A stretch of DNA of 63,224 nucleotides, the filler included, from Choristocarpus tenellus KU-1152 (Eukaryota; Protista; Phaeophyceae), in the NCBI GenBank assembly GCA_964200185.2. It is 9 parts of 9 records of this genome, joined end to end, with 100 filler letters (N's around TTAATTAATTAA, not from the genome) between each part and the next. Parts side by side here need not be neighbours in the genome. Positions count along the whole stretch, not along the records: positions 23,674 to 37,650 come from CAXNAD020001313.1; positions 37,751 to 41,789 come from CAXNAD020016537.1; 7 more parts are not named here. One strand, given 5' to 3'. Numbering within the stretch: the first letter of the stretch is position 1; each line of letters opens with the position of its first letter. This document shows positions 25,991 to 38,244 of the stretch, piece after piece. A program made the translations under genes and the position numbers. Under the pieces are notes generated by a model. The model was given only the letters and a program-made list of their open reading frames with translations. It was not told where the DNA came from and ran no database searches.

Positions 25991-28962
25991 CAAATGGCAA
26001 ATGGTGTACTTGGGACAGGGGATAGATGTGACAGATCTTGTTGGTTGGTGTGCACTTGGAGGAGAGGACGAAAGGGGAAGGTTTCAAGAGGGTAAGCTTG
26101 GACATATTTTCTGCACTCTCTATGGGAGATATCCTGCTTCCCTCCTCCGGTGATCACAGGGACACCGCAAGGTTGAAGAGCAATCTGCGCAAGTCATGTG
26201 ATCTCTGCTTCTCCAGAAAGAGGTAGCCTTCCATTTTCAAGGGCATACAGTACACGGGGAGGATTTACGAGGCAGGATGAGGGGCACAGGGTTGTAGTTT
26301 GTGATTTTTGATGAAGTAATATGACTCGGTCTCGTCTGGGGTCCCCAATCTTCCAGAGTCGTTCTCCATATTGTGGTGTCAAAGTCGTCGGGAGATTTTA
26401 GTGGGGGAGGTTGCGGTAATTCCTAGAATCAAGAAACCTTGAGTTGATCCTTGCTCCCGCCTTCTACTGATCTGACAACAATTGTCTTTATGCTATTAAT
26501 CGTACTATCGATAACCTACTTGAAATAGGCGATGTGATGGTGACGGCGTGGAGCCTTGTACGATGTGCCGGACCAAAGGTACCGTATGCCATTACCGTGA
26601 GAAAGGGCGGAGGTAAGTCAGTTTCTGACAGGAATATAGTTCCTATGATGGCATTACGTTGATGTTGTCAATTATTGAGATATTACTACTGTATCAGCAG
26701 GGCAGTCACTCACATGACTAGTGGGGGGATAGGTGCGAAATTAAGCTAGGTATCACCTCCGGTTCTTATTTTTTTTGTAAAATACTGAGTTACTACTGTA
26801 GCACCTGGACAGCAAGCTCTTGCTACCCAAATCAACCAGTGGAACATCACCCCACAAGTCAGGTGTACTCTCCAAGCTCCATTTTGCAGACAAATGTCAC
26901 CCAACAACTATTCTAATGTATGGAGTCGAAAAATGTGATCTATCGATACGTGCCCATCCTTATTGAGGGTACCTAGCCCCTGGCTTCACAACCTCAATCA
27001 ATCCGTCAACCCACTACGCCACCAGCAGGTAATACCATACCCCATTACTCGTCTTTCCGAATGCAGCATGGCTATGCGTGACATATTACAATCTTGCCCC
27101 CATAGGTTTGTTTGACCAGATGATTTTGAATGGGATGCCACAGGTGAGCTTCAACTTATCACAAAACTCACCCATATACATATTGTGGAGAGCTACCCCA
27201 CTCAATGACCATATTTCAAATTGGGTACACTACCTGAGAAATGAAGTAATGCTGGTGGGAGAGAGAAACAATTATGTCTCGAGCCTGTAGAGGTCTAAGG
27301 AATTGCTTCTGCATTTATTACCCCACCAGAAGAAGTGCAGCTTCCGCATTGCACTTTTCTATTGCGGGCCACCCTTTCTTTTCTTGCGTTTTGGTACCTT
27401 CCTTTCACTCATACTGTTGCAAGATTTTGATTTTGGCATCCTTCGTTGGAAGTATGATGCACTGTTTCAGTGTTACAACAGAGATTTGGACTGGATCAAG
27501 AACCCTACAAATGACATTAATAGCATGTACTGAGTATGACTACAGAGCAGTTTATGTATTCATGCCAGGCGTTCGTTGTGTACAATGTGAGTGCCATAGA
27601 ACGGTTTCGAATTTAACAACATTTTTCATTGGTGGGGAACGACGAGAGTCTGGCAAATTTTTGGTTTGCTGTGCACCACATTGTTTTTTTTCTGCAACCG
27701 CTATGATGTCACTGTGATGGCTACCAGTTGATAGTTTGGGTGGATCTCTGTCTTCTACGACAACCGAATATTGTGAAGAGGGGGATGTTGGGACTGCAGC
27801 ATTAGACATCTCGACAGTGAGTTGCATTTGAAGGACAGAAAACAAATAAGCAGTAAGAAGCCACCTGTCCCCTGTTTCCTCTATGGGTTTCATTTGTTAC
27901 TCTGTACAACATTGTGGATGGCTTAGGCATGGATATCTGCTTAACAAGTATACTGGGGTGTAATATTGGGATATAGTACTGGGTTGCTGGTTTTTAGTGA
28001 CAAATCAAGGTACTTCAATTGTCCAATTATCTTTTGTCATAATGGTGAAATGAGTGTTTGCCCTTATTTACACTTGTCCTGAGACAATATGAGACAGTGG
28101 ATATTGGTCGCACCTGTTGTGTTAAATACTCTGTACATATTTTTCCTCTTCACTCTACCTCTCTGATTATCAGAGTGCTCGCAATATTCGTGAACGTTGA
28201 GTACTGTTGCTATCATTGCAAGATTTCCACATACTCATCCCCTTGCCACCCATCACCCTTTGCACTTTGCTGTGCATCAGAGGACCCAAGCCAAAGAGCA
28301 AAGATCAGCCCCAGACCAAGAGACGGAGAAAAATAGTGTCTGAAATACTGCTGGTTAGTAATGAGAGCATCAGTCTCGACTCTGTGAATGAACACCTAGA
28401 CTATGTAGCGCAGGATATATTATTTATTGTGATTGTTAAGGGTGAGTGGTCTTCGTTGTCTTACTGTCAATGGGTATATACTGGCCTCCGTATGCCCCTA
28501 GTTTTATAGTCACATCACTCTTCGATCTCTTCTTGGGCTGTTGGTGGTGCTGCAAGAGAGCCTCATGAGTTTGATTTTGTCCCTGAAGTTATGGCGAAGG
28601 GTATCTGTGTCTTGGCACATTTCGGGGTGGCTGGCCTTTTTTGTTGTAGATTATTGCTCTCTTGAATTGCATGCTTGTCCTCTATGATACATGTAGTTGT
28701 GTGAGAGTCATTGATACGAGCTCACTTGAAGCAGAAATTGGGGACAGGCATTTAGTGTATGTGTGAAATTTGTCATTTTCACAGCATGCGAACAGTGCAG
28801 GTTTTACCTGCGCCATTGATGCGGTTGCTTGCATTGTGATGGCCAGCATTCACAACCAGCCCAGTTGGCATCAGCTTAGGTACCGATTTGCACACACTCT
28901 TATCTCTTCTTTGCCCTGAGCTATCGATTCCTCTCAAACGCGTTAACCCGCTGAATATTTAT

Positions 28963-30260
28963 TCATCCCTCACATTGTTTGATTCTCCTTCCCTGCACGG
29001 TGCCACACATATGCACACTCCGTTCACTTGCAATTTTTATTCCTGTCACCTTATGAAAGAGTTGTGGGCTGCCACCTGTTAGGGACGTGCATCTGTCACC
29101 ATCTGGGGCTACAGGCTTGATTGGCCTTATTGAGAACCAATATCTCAATGCTTTCTTCAGTCGGTGGGGTGCCACAGTGGATATGGTGCCGGAGGTGGGT
29201 GTGGTTATGCCAGTGGTGCACATGGACCTGGGATTGATGTGGTGGCAGGTTTTGAGGCTGCGCAGTTTGGCTAGCGTCATGTTTCATGACTCGTAGGGTT
29301 GGATGAAGGGGACTGAAGTGGAAGGGAGGAAGGCATGCCGCCTTGGGGCAGGGGGCAGGATGAGAAGATAAACAGAAGAAGAGGGGATTGCGGTGGCCAC
29401 ACCATCAGCTGATTTTGTCTAGAGACTGGGCAGTGACGACTTGTGTTCCAGAGTAGGTTCATGCGTGTTTTTGCTTATGGTACTTTTGAGTTTTAAAACA
29501 CAACTACCACCATTGCTACATGTGGGTGTAAATTCTGCAATCCTTCAAACTGAAGGTGTGGGTTGTGTTTTTGTGAGGCAAGCATTATCAATATATGTAT
29601 CCATATGTCAACAGTCACATGTTGAGCTTGGGAATCCCACTGTTCTCTCATAATTTGCTCTAACACTCCACTATCACTAGTTGGGCATTATTCTCAAACA
29701 TCTGGACAGGAGAGCATCATCAAGCTTGAAGAGTTAACATTGAGGAGATGATTGTTGTGTCGGCAAACCACGGGACAGAACTTATGTTCATAACATGTCT
29801 AACAGTACTCTCCACTCTCTCGTCTAGCAGCACTTTCTCGGTCCTGCAGATTTTGCCTTTCTCATCCCCACTCCTTTTGAATACCCTCCACCTTTGGTAT
29901 CTCCTCACCTCCTGGACAGGATGAAGTGAGAGGCGCATTGGTCCATATACTCAGCGGGGGCTCACTAGGACCGGATGTCTTTGGAGAGAATACTTGCAGC
30001 AAAGAGCTGTGCAAACATGAAGCCTGGAGTGACTGCAAGGAGGGGGGTTCAACGCTGGTTGGGGGGCGGGGTGAGCAGAGAAAGGGGCAGACAAGACTGT
30101 CAGCAGCAATTGGGTGCCTATGGACTGCAATTGGGATGGGGGCGATTTTGTGTGGCTCATCTTTGCAGGTGGCTCAGCCATATTCAGCCAGAGCAAGGGA
30201 GGCAATGAAGGCATGCTTCGATCAAGTTTCAGAAGATGTGAGTGGAGAAAATTGTTAGTG
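28963..30260 (-). mobile_element. Decayed fragments of a CRE/SLACS-like non-LTR retrotransposon
   Basis: TLAKLRSLKTCH...TVAPHRLKKALRYWF...VAPDGDRC (29280-29080) resembles the pre-RT TL-x2-L-x2-KHP...A-x-GPDG-x-R block. SLTSSET*SKHAFIASLALA (about 30250-30185) resembles the post-RT LGL-x-S...AF-x-AS block. The order implies two separate fragments. Confidence 0.35.
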
Positions 30261-32379
30261 AAATTGTGCCATTTGGAATAGATTGTACTGCTGATTTCTC
30301 CTTACTTCTCAGAGTATTGCACTCTACATTATTGCAGTGGTCTGAACCAAATACTGTATATGACTGGATTGATTTTCTGTTAATTCGCTGTCAGTAGGGG
30401 TTACGCCGTGTAGAGTACAGTAGGTCTTCCCCGGTTGTGTGTAAATGGTAGCATTTCAACTTTCTAGATACAATTGGAAATGCTAAACTACACTGAGCAG
30501 AGTACCTGACCGCCAATTGGGGCTAAGTAATGTTTGCTCTTCTATGGAAACTTTTTTCCTTTTCCTCTGATTTTGTGACTTCTCTTCAAAGGTCTGTGTG
30601 TCACATCGACCAAACTCCAACCGTCCTGGTGTGCACCTGACCTTCACTTCTGCCGCACCTGTCTTTGCCCACCCATATTCTGAAGGTTTTGAGAGCTTAC
30701 ATATGCATGGCGAACCTGGTGGTACTTATGGAAGACTTTCCGTCCTTCTACAAGTATATGGCATTTGCAAAGAACATTGGAGATGCCTTAGCCAACCAGG
30801 TGTGTTGTGGATATTTCTCTGAATACTTCCAACTATTTGTGCCATTTCTGAGTGTAAGGGAAGGGAATTGTCTTACTTGAACAAGACAGTAGGGGTGTAT
30901 CTCATACAACTGAATTTTTCCATGCACAGTGTTTCTTTGTGTCCTGTGCATTTCGTAATCGATGCTCACATATTTTGGTGTTCAAGCATTCCTTCCTAAT
31001 GTTGATTAGGTGTCCAGCTATGGCGATTGCCAATTTTTCTTGTGGAGTACCACTATCATTAGGTTCAGTTTAGGGTTTTTGTTATGATCCTTCACTTCCT
31101 CCCACAATCCTTCTTCTTTAGACCCACTGCTTCGCTCTCCCTGCCCTGGACCCCGATAATGGCTCTTTCATCATTTGTGCTCCAGCCCTTTTCCTGTGGT
31201 TGTGTTGCGATTGCTTCTCTCTAGTTTCTCCCCCCTTCAATTTCTCTTCTCTTTTGTATCCACCATGCCTGGATTGTGTTTGCATGCCCCAACAGCGGCA
31301 ACAGCACTCATTGGTGCAATCCATTGGATGGAATTCTACAACAGTGGTGGAAAAGGTGAATATCCATTATCTCATGTTCCATGTCCAGGGTTCTATAGGC
31401 ATACACGTCCATGAGTTTGGCCACCTGTTTTGCAGTCCTCTCACCCACCCCACACTTTGAGTTCAAAATGGTCCCATCTGACTAATGATGCTTAATAGAA
31501 ATGAAGCCTTGTTTGAGTTCCACTACACTTCACCCTACTGCTGGATACCTTTTCATTATGCTGAGGCTGATGGAAGGGAATGATGGGATAAAGAGGATGT
31601 CCTTACACTGGGAACTTGCTGCCAGCTTCTCACAGGATGAAAAGTTGGAAATAAGATTCCATTGTTAGTAATGCCATGAAAAACTGTGGGTGCTGAAGAG
31701 ATGAAATGCTGACAATGTCCTGTACCCAAGGTGTAGTTGACCACCCTTGGCCCCATATCTTTTCAGAATCCCAGCTATTCATGCATTTCTGAAAACATCT
31801 TCAAATATCCTACCATGGGCTTTGCAAGCCAACCCCATATTGTACAGTATACCACAGTTTTTCAATTCACAGGCAAAGAATTTTCTTTTTGATCTTATTA
31901 TTTGTGTCTACGCTTCACCTTTCACCACCGTTGTGTCTACTGGCGATGTATTAGTATGCTGAAATTATTTTTTATATTTGTATCCATACCGTAACTTGTT
32001 CCCAAGTGTGCTACTATTGCATAACATCACACTTTCGAGGTGTTTCACTTTGTCCAGTATGTCCTACTGAGCTTCCTTACCCATCCCTAACATTCTCCAA
32101 ACCCTTTTCCGACCGCTTCCTTGTTCCTACATACTTTCCCCTGTCCCAAACCTTTTGTTTCTCATTCAGCAGCTCTCTGGGGGAACTAAGTTCCTTCTTG
32201 ATGTGTTCAAAACCTTAGAAAGGTTTTATGACCTCATCAGTGATGACATGGATCCTGATCATGCAGTAAGTGGATGATGCATGCATAATCTCAAAAGATG
32301 CATCAGGCTCCTCAGGTCATTCAAATTTTCAGTGATGTTACCAAGAATTTGAAATGGTTGCCTCCAATTGTTGCATGGT

Positions 32380-32906
32380 CCAAGAAATGGGTCAGCTCAT
32401 CAGGCATAGAGACGCTCTTTGGAAATAAGTTGGAAAATTGAAATATATTCTCAAGGCAAGTGCAACAACCAGAGAAATGCAGGGAACCTTTGTGGGATGC
32501 ATATTGCTATTGAGTGATCTCAAGTTGCTTTAGAGCATTAAGGACAAATTATAGGTGTGAGCTTTCAAGGTGTGCTTTTACAAATTAGATAAAATACACC
32601 AAACCTTCTCAGGTGAACAAGCATCACCTGAACACAGCTTGTGAGGCTGCCATCAGAAAAGATGACTCTCCCACTGTCACAGCCACATCAACCGGAACAT
32701 GGGCACCCTCTGTTGTGGTGGGTGGAGTGGGAACAGGAGGAGATCAAGATGAGGTGGCAGTGTCTGCACGTCTACCAGACAACCTTATGGACACCAATCC
32801 AGGCCTTGAAAGTGCTGTGCGAGCACAGGAGTGTATTCGGTACCTATCTTCTGCAGTTATGGAGCAACTGACAGAAAAGGTTAATGCCAACACCATGGTT
32901 GCAGTG
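32380..32906 (+). mobile_element. Decayed, intron-containing hAT-like transposase fragment
   Basis: LWK*VGKLKYILKASATTREMQG...LLSDLKLL*SIKDKL resembles hAT W-x2-l-x-l-x2-L...T-x2-lq. An in-frame exon follows at 32613-32906 (CAG|...|GTAAGT), ending AVMEQLTEKVNANTMVAV before the expected LDP motif. Confidence 0.35.
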
Positions 32907-35819
32907 GTAAGTGATGTGTTTAGCGATGTGAGTGCTTTTTTTCATGTAGACTTTTTCAGTGTACACTCTTTAGGGCGGTGTATGGACTCTGATGCTACTG
33001 AAGCAGCAATGTTTTCTATAGTGATTGTTGATAATTGCTTTCTGTTCATGTTGTGACACCAAAGCTATCCCTGTTAAATGCGTTTCGTAACACTTGTAAG
33101 ACACTAAGATCCGTTTTATATCTCGTTTAGGTAGTGGATTTGCTTCTTGTGCTCCCTCAGAGTCCTCCCAGTTCCTACCAAATTGCGAGTTGTTTCAACC
33201 TTTTCTTTGATGTCCAGTGTTCGACAAGTATAAGCTCAGCATGAATGGGCCATGCAATCCCTGTACAATATTATATTTATTTGGTGGGGTCCTAAACAAT
33301 TCTCACTTCTCTGATGTTTTAACACACCAAATGATTCCAGGATCATCGTTCTCCTTCCCCTTCATCCCATGATCTTAGCATGGACAAAGTTGGTGACCGG
33401 TCCACACACAGTGGGGCCATGACTATGCTCAAGCAAGCTCGTGGGCATGATGTTACTCCAAATGTAGGTGATAACATTGGCCATTGCCTCTCCGTACCCA
33501 AAGCTCATTTTACTTTCCCTCAGTTGAAGTATTATGTACCATTTAATTAAAATATTTTCTTGAGGGTGACAATCATGTTCAAAAATGTATTCTGTGGGAC
33601 CCATGTGATGAAGGCAACTCTTCCTCGATGTTTGACTCCAGTCGATGACATCAATAACTCACTTTTTTTTCAAGATTGATGAGTCAGAATGCCATATAGA
33701 AAAGGAACATTACACTCCCCAAAAGGAATAAAGTGCCCATATTAAACCTTCTATGTACCTTTATCATGTATCCACCGCCTTTTCGTCTTTTGTGGCTTCA
33801 CATTTTTTGAAAATGGACATCATACATCACAGTACCAATAGAACACCCTATAAATTGAATTGAGCCAAAGCGGTGCATTCACCCAACAACCTCCCTTGCA
33901 CTCTCTTTATCTATCATATCATACACCTAATTTTTGATATTAAACGTTTTCTCAGCACACTGTACTGTTGCAGATGTTCTGCATTTTGGTCACTGCTATT
34001 ATTTCTCCAAACCATGAATCCTTGATCTAAGGTGTCGCACTTGCAGCGCATGATGAGTATGGGGTATCACCGCTTCATGGAGCTGACCATGGGTTTGGGG
34101 TGTTCAACATTACAACTCATGTGTGATGTAGTGGCGGGTGCCTCATGGGAAAGTGTGACAAAGGAGGCCAGTACTCACGCTCAAACTGCAGATTGTATGT
34201 TGGAGACAATGCTAGGTGAGGGGGGGAGTTGTGTGTGCATTGGACTCCAGTTTTTTGTGTTCAGCTTTCCAATCAAGATTTCCCATCTGCTGTTCACCAC
34301 ATTACCACTGCTCCCTTCTCTTCAGGTTCCCACACTACTAGGAACTCTATTCTGACAGTGGATGTCCTGGAATATAGTATTTTCTCTCATTTGTGCCAAG
34401 GGAATCAAGAAAAAGCCCTTGAGGGTTTGCTGCGGTTAACAAAGGTTGTTGATGATTGCCCAGGGATGGCAAGGTGCGCGTGTTGTGGTTGTCTTGTTGT
34501 CTTTGAGGGGGGCATGGGTGGAGGTTAATCTTTGAGGCGTGAAAATAAGTTGAACATTGTGAATGCTCAAGGAGGTTGATCTAAATGTGGTTAGTGCTGG
34601 CTTCCTCCAGGTCTTGCCCGCTATCCAACACCCTTAGAACCATTGAGTAGCACCCTTTTTCAAAGATGAAATACTTGTAAACATTGAAAATACCATTAGG
34701 CAAACAACTATGTATTTATCTTCCCCTCCATGCTGGAATTGTTTGTGTGCCCTCCCTTTGCAGGAGTCCTTGCTTTTATCACGTTTTGCACTGGATGATG
34801 GGCCTCTTAGTGGCCGCGGACTTGCAGAAGCCATATGACAACCTGACCCGTCAAATTAACAACCTCAACATAGCGTGAGTTGAATCTAATTTGTGTTCCA
34901 GAGTATTTTATTATCAAGCTGAAGGGATTATATTCCCTGGTCTTTTGGAAGTGCATGCCATACGCATTGTGGGAACTGCTTGATATTCATTAATACATCA
35001 AGATAAGAGCCCAACAGTTTTTTGTTCTGTGATGTGGTTGAGATGATTACAGAGTCCTTGAGGTATCAGGGGTTCTCCAAGTAGATGATGTCTTGAAACG
35101 AGTTTTTAGAGGGCAGGCCACTCAACTGTAGCAATGCAGTGTAACTTCTCACCACCTCCCTCTACATCATCCCCCCTTCAGTTTTTGTTTATTCCCTGGT
35201 GCTCGCTGGGTCCTATTTTTGTTGCACTTGGCATCCCTGCATGTACATACCTCTCTTTAGATCGTTGTGTTTGTGATACACTAGTTGCCTTATTGCTCAT
35301 GTTTTCATAACCCTCTCTCCCTCTCTCCCACTGTTGTTGGGGCTGTGCATACATATTTTACTTGATGCAAATCTCTTCAGGGCAATTGATTCCATCCCCG
35401 CCTTCAGGCAAGGGCATATCCTTACGTGCGACTGTGCCTTTTTTGAGTGCCAGGTGTGAAAGTTAATAATAAGCTTCATCACTATGCTGAATGCTTAGGT
35501 TGGTCGTGAGTTCACATTACCCCAAAAGAGTTGCAGGACGGTGCTTTAAATGCAGTGATGTGTGGTGACCTTCGAAAGTGTGCTTTTTCGTTCCTCAACA
35601 AGTGGAAAATCCACTATGTGCGGGCATGAGCTTAAAAAGCACACCTGATCCTGTGGATGCTCTTCACCTAATTCTCCTGATGGGTCATTTTGCTTGTGTT
35701 CTTCTCAACTTACCCCGCCTTTTAACCTGCACATTCCCATATATCAACTTCTTTCCCCACCAAACACCCCCTCTATACTATTCCTCTTTGGTCTATTTGC
35801 CTTGTTTGTTCTCCCAAAG

Positions 35820-36095
35820 GCCATGCACCAAGCACTGATACAATGCACTCAAGTGAACAGTCATAAAAAGTTCACCATACCAACTGGATGGAGGCAGTTG
35901 TCTTCGAAGTGTTTAGAACCTGGTATGGCAACATGCAATGCAAAATCAATGGAAGTAGAGAGGGGAGGGGTAACGCCAGGGTTGAGACCAGAGGTAGGTG
36001 TGAAATCCCAGGGGGCTGCTGGAGGGATGGAGACTGTTGAGCGAGTATTTCAAGAGAGTCAGGAAAACTTCTTATTTGTCAGTAATGCTGAAGAG
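35820..36095 (+). CDS. Probable orphan exon (92 codons, phase 0-0), product unknown
   Basis: Pyrimidine tract with AAG| acceptor and |GTGAGT donor. Open frame AMHQALIQCTQVNSHKKFTIPTGWRQ...ENFLFVSNAEE. Confidence 0.4.
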
Positions 36096-37752
36096 GTGAG
36101 TGAGTGAGTAAGTGAAGTTGCCTAGTTGGTAAAGCTCTGTAAGTGGCATTACGCAGGAGAAAGGTGCTTGTGCTTATTGAATTCTCTTTGTACTGTTCCT
36201 GTGGGGGACAGTAGGAATAGGTTTGTGATGAATTTTTCAAGGTCCTTCAACGTTTAGTGGCTGTAAACACAGGTGTATGTCACAGTTGGTTTTGAATTAT
36301 GGGAGGGGATATCTTGTGCAATCTGTGATTCACCTGGTCACCATGAACGATCTTGGTATACGTTCATCTGTGCAGGACTTAACGAAGATGGACCACCAAT
36401 ATCAAGGCAGTAGCAGGATCGATCCTCCTAGTCCCTTGCAGCGGCAGTGTTCATTTGAAGCTAGTCTGGCCAATTGTAAGGTAAGGATGGGCTATTTTTG
36501 GTTCATAGTTTGCGAATGACAAGAATAATTACTAACTTCTCACCACCCCAACCAATGCATGTACTGCATGCAGTTCAGCAACCATGAAGAGTTAGCAATC
36601 CAATGTTGGAACTTGTTTTTCTTGAGTTCATTCAGATCCCCCTCTCCGGCGAATGTCTTCAGGTGTCATTCATGGCAAGTTGTGTTGATGGGGTGGTGTG
36701 CCAAGACAATTGTAGCTGTTGCAGGAGCGAAGACAGCAAAGGCCTCAACAGGAAGGATGTCATATGTTGTGAGGGGAGTAAGACTCTAGGCTACAATGGT
36801 GACAAAGGCAAATCCAATTGCTCAGATTGGACAACGTATTCAGCGGACTCAACTTCAGATTTTTCCCCTGACTCTAGTCAGGATCATATGGATGTTGAGG
36901 TGGGTGGGCCTATGTCAATATGTTGATCATGTGAGAAAGAGGGAGGGACAGGTGACCAAGGGAGAAGGCTTTGTTGTTCAATACATTCTCCACACTCATA
37001 GATTAGTGATCATATAGTTGCTCTAACAAACAGGTTTGTTGCTATGGTGATGGTGGAAATTAGAAAATAATAACTAAAACATAATGCTTCTATGCAATAT
37101 TATGTGGCTATTGAGATATTCAGTACACAATTCTATAGGGATGAACACCATAGCTATAAACCAAGGGTGGTAGTAGTAATATATATTGGTGGGCGGTTGA
37201 CTAATCTAGAAAAAACCTGGTAATTTCTGGTTCAGGTGTTTGTATGTAGTCACTGACAGTGAAAGTGATAGCAAATATATATATACATAGGGCCCATAGC
37301 AGGGAACAGTGATACAACCACTATCGCTAATTGACTAGTTCAATGCTATTGGGTAATGAAGTGTGTATTGAGTGAAGCAGGGACAAGACTTTTTTTTCAT
37401 CAGCTGCTGCGATTGACGGTGCTTTACAGACCTGGCATAGGTACATTTACAGGGGATCTGAACATATCGCTAAATCATTGGCATTTTTTGCACACAAGCA
37501 TATTCAGAACTCTCTTAAGTGAAGTACTCCAGAGTATCTTGAAGACATGGTTCCAGGTGCTGCACCTAACCTTTTGGGGGGGGGGGCACAAGAGTTGGTG
37601 TTGGGTGCACCCCATTCCACCTCCCCCGGTCTACTAAAAAGCCTTTGTAGNNNNNNNNNNNNNNNNNNNNNNNNNNNNNNNNNNNNNNNNNNNNTTAATT
37701 AATTAANNNNNNNNNNNNNNNNNNNNNNNNNNNNNNNNNNNNNNNNNNNNGT

Positions 37753-38244
37753 ATGTCATCATCTAGTTCCTCGCCAGCCCTTCAGCCTGTTGAGGAAGAG
37801 CTGCAGCTCGCACTCTCATCCTCTGCACCCCCAGCCATGATACCTCCTACCCATGCTGAAAATGGGAATGGGTCCTCTGTGTTGGCCACGAGTGCAGGGT
37901 CACCGCTTATCTCTTCCCCTTCTGTGTCTGGAGATGCTGTTTTGCCCTCAAGTGGGATAAAGGGTGATCACGAAGAGGCAGAAGGATCAGGAAGGCAACA
38001 TCAACTCCCCACGGGCGTGGCAACACCAGGAGCTGTGGGATCGTTACCTACATCTGGGATGTGGCAGCCAGAGCTTGCACCGGGGTCGCCATTGCCTTTC
38101 TCAGCAAGCCTTCAGCAGTCCCAGCCAATTGATACCCCACCCCATGAGTTGTGGGAAGGAGGTGCTGGTGGCAGGGATGCAGGTTCTGGTGGTGACCCTC
38201 AGAATAACACAGGGAGCTCTGGGGCTAGTACTGGATCGGTTTAG
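37753..38244 (+). other. Low-complexity Ser/Pro/Gly-rich ORF at a contig start, possibly a retroelement linker region
   Basis: 163-aa ORF with no recognisable domain. The frame continues past the stop (TEAVLGTKGEWVVDVDAWDSVFL). Confidence 0.25.

Noticed and set aside
30665-30830. hAT dimerisation-like EDFPSFYKYMAFAKNIGDALANQVCCGYFS
   Set aside because: Only a loose resemblance, lacking WW and ER-x-FS, and it lies upstream of the other hAT-like fragment.
33380-33520. Tyrosine-recombinase-like peptide VGDRSTHSGAMTMLKQARG...IGH
   Set aside because: The catalytic HxxR and Tyr are not conserved and no other DIRS/Crypton parts are nearby; too weak to call.
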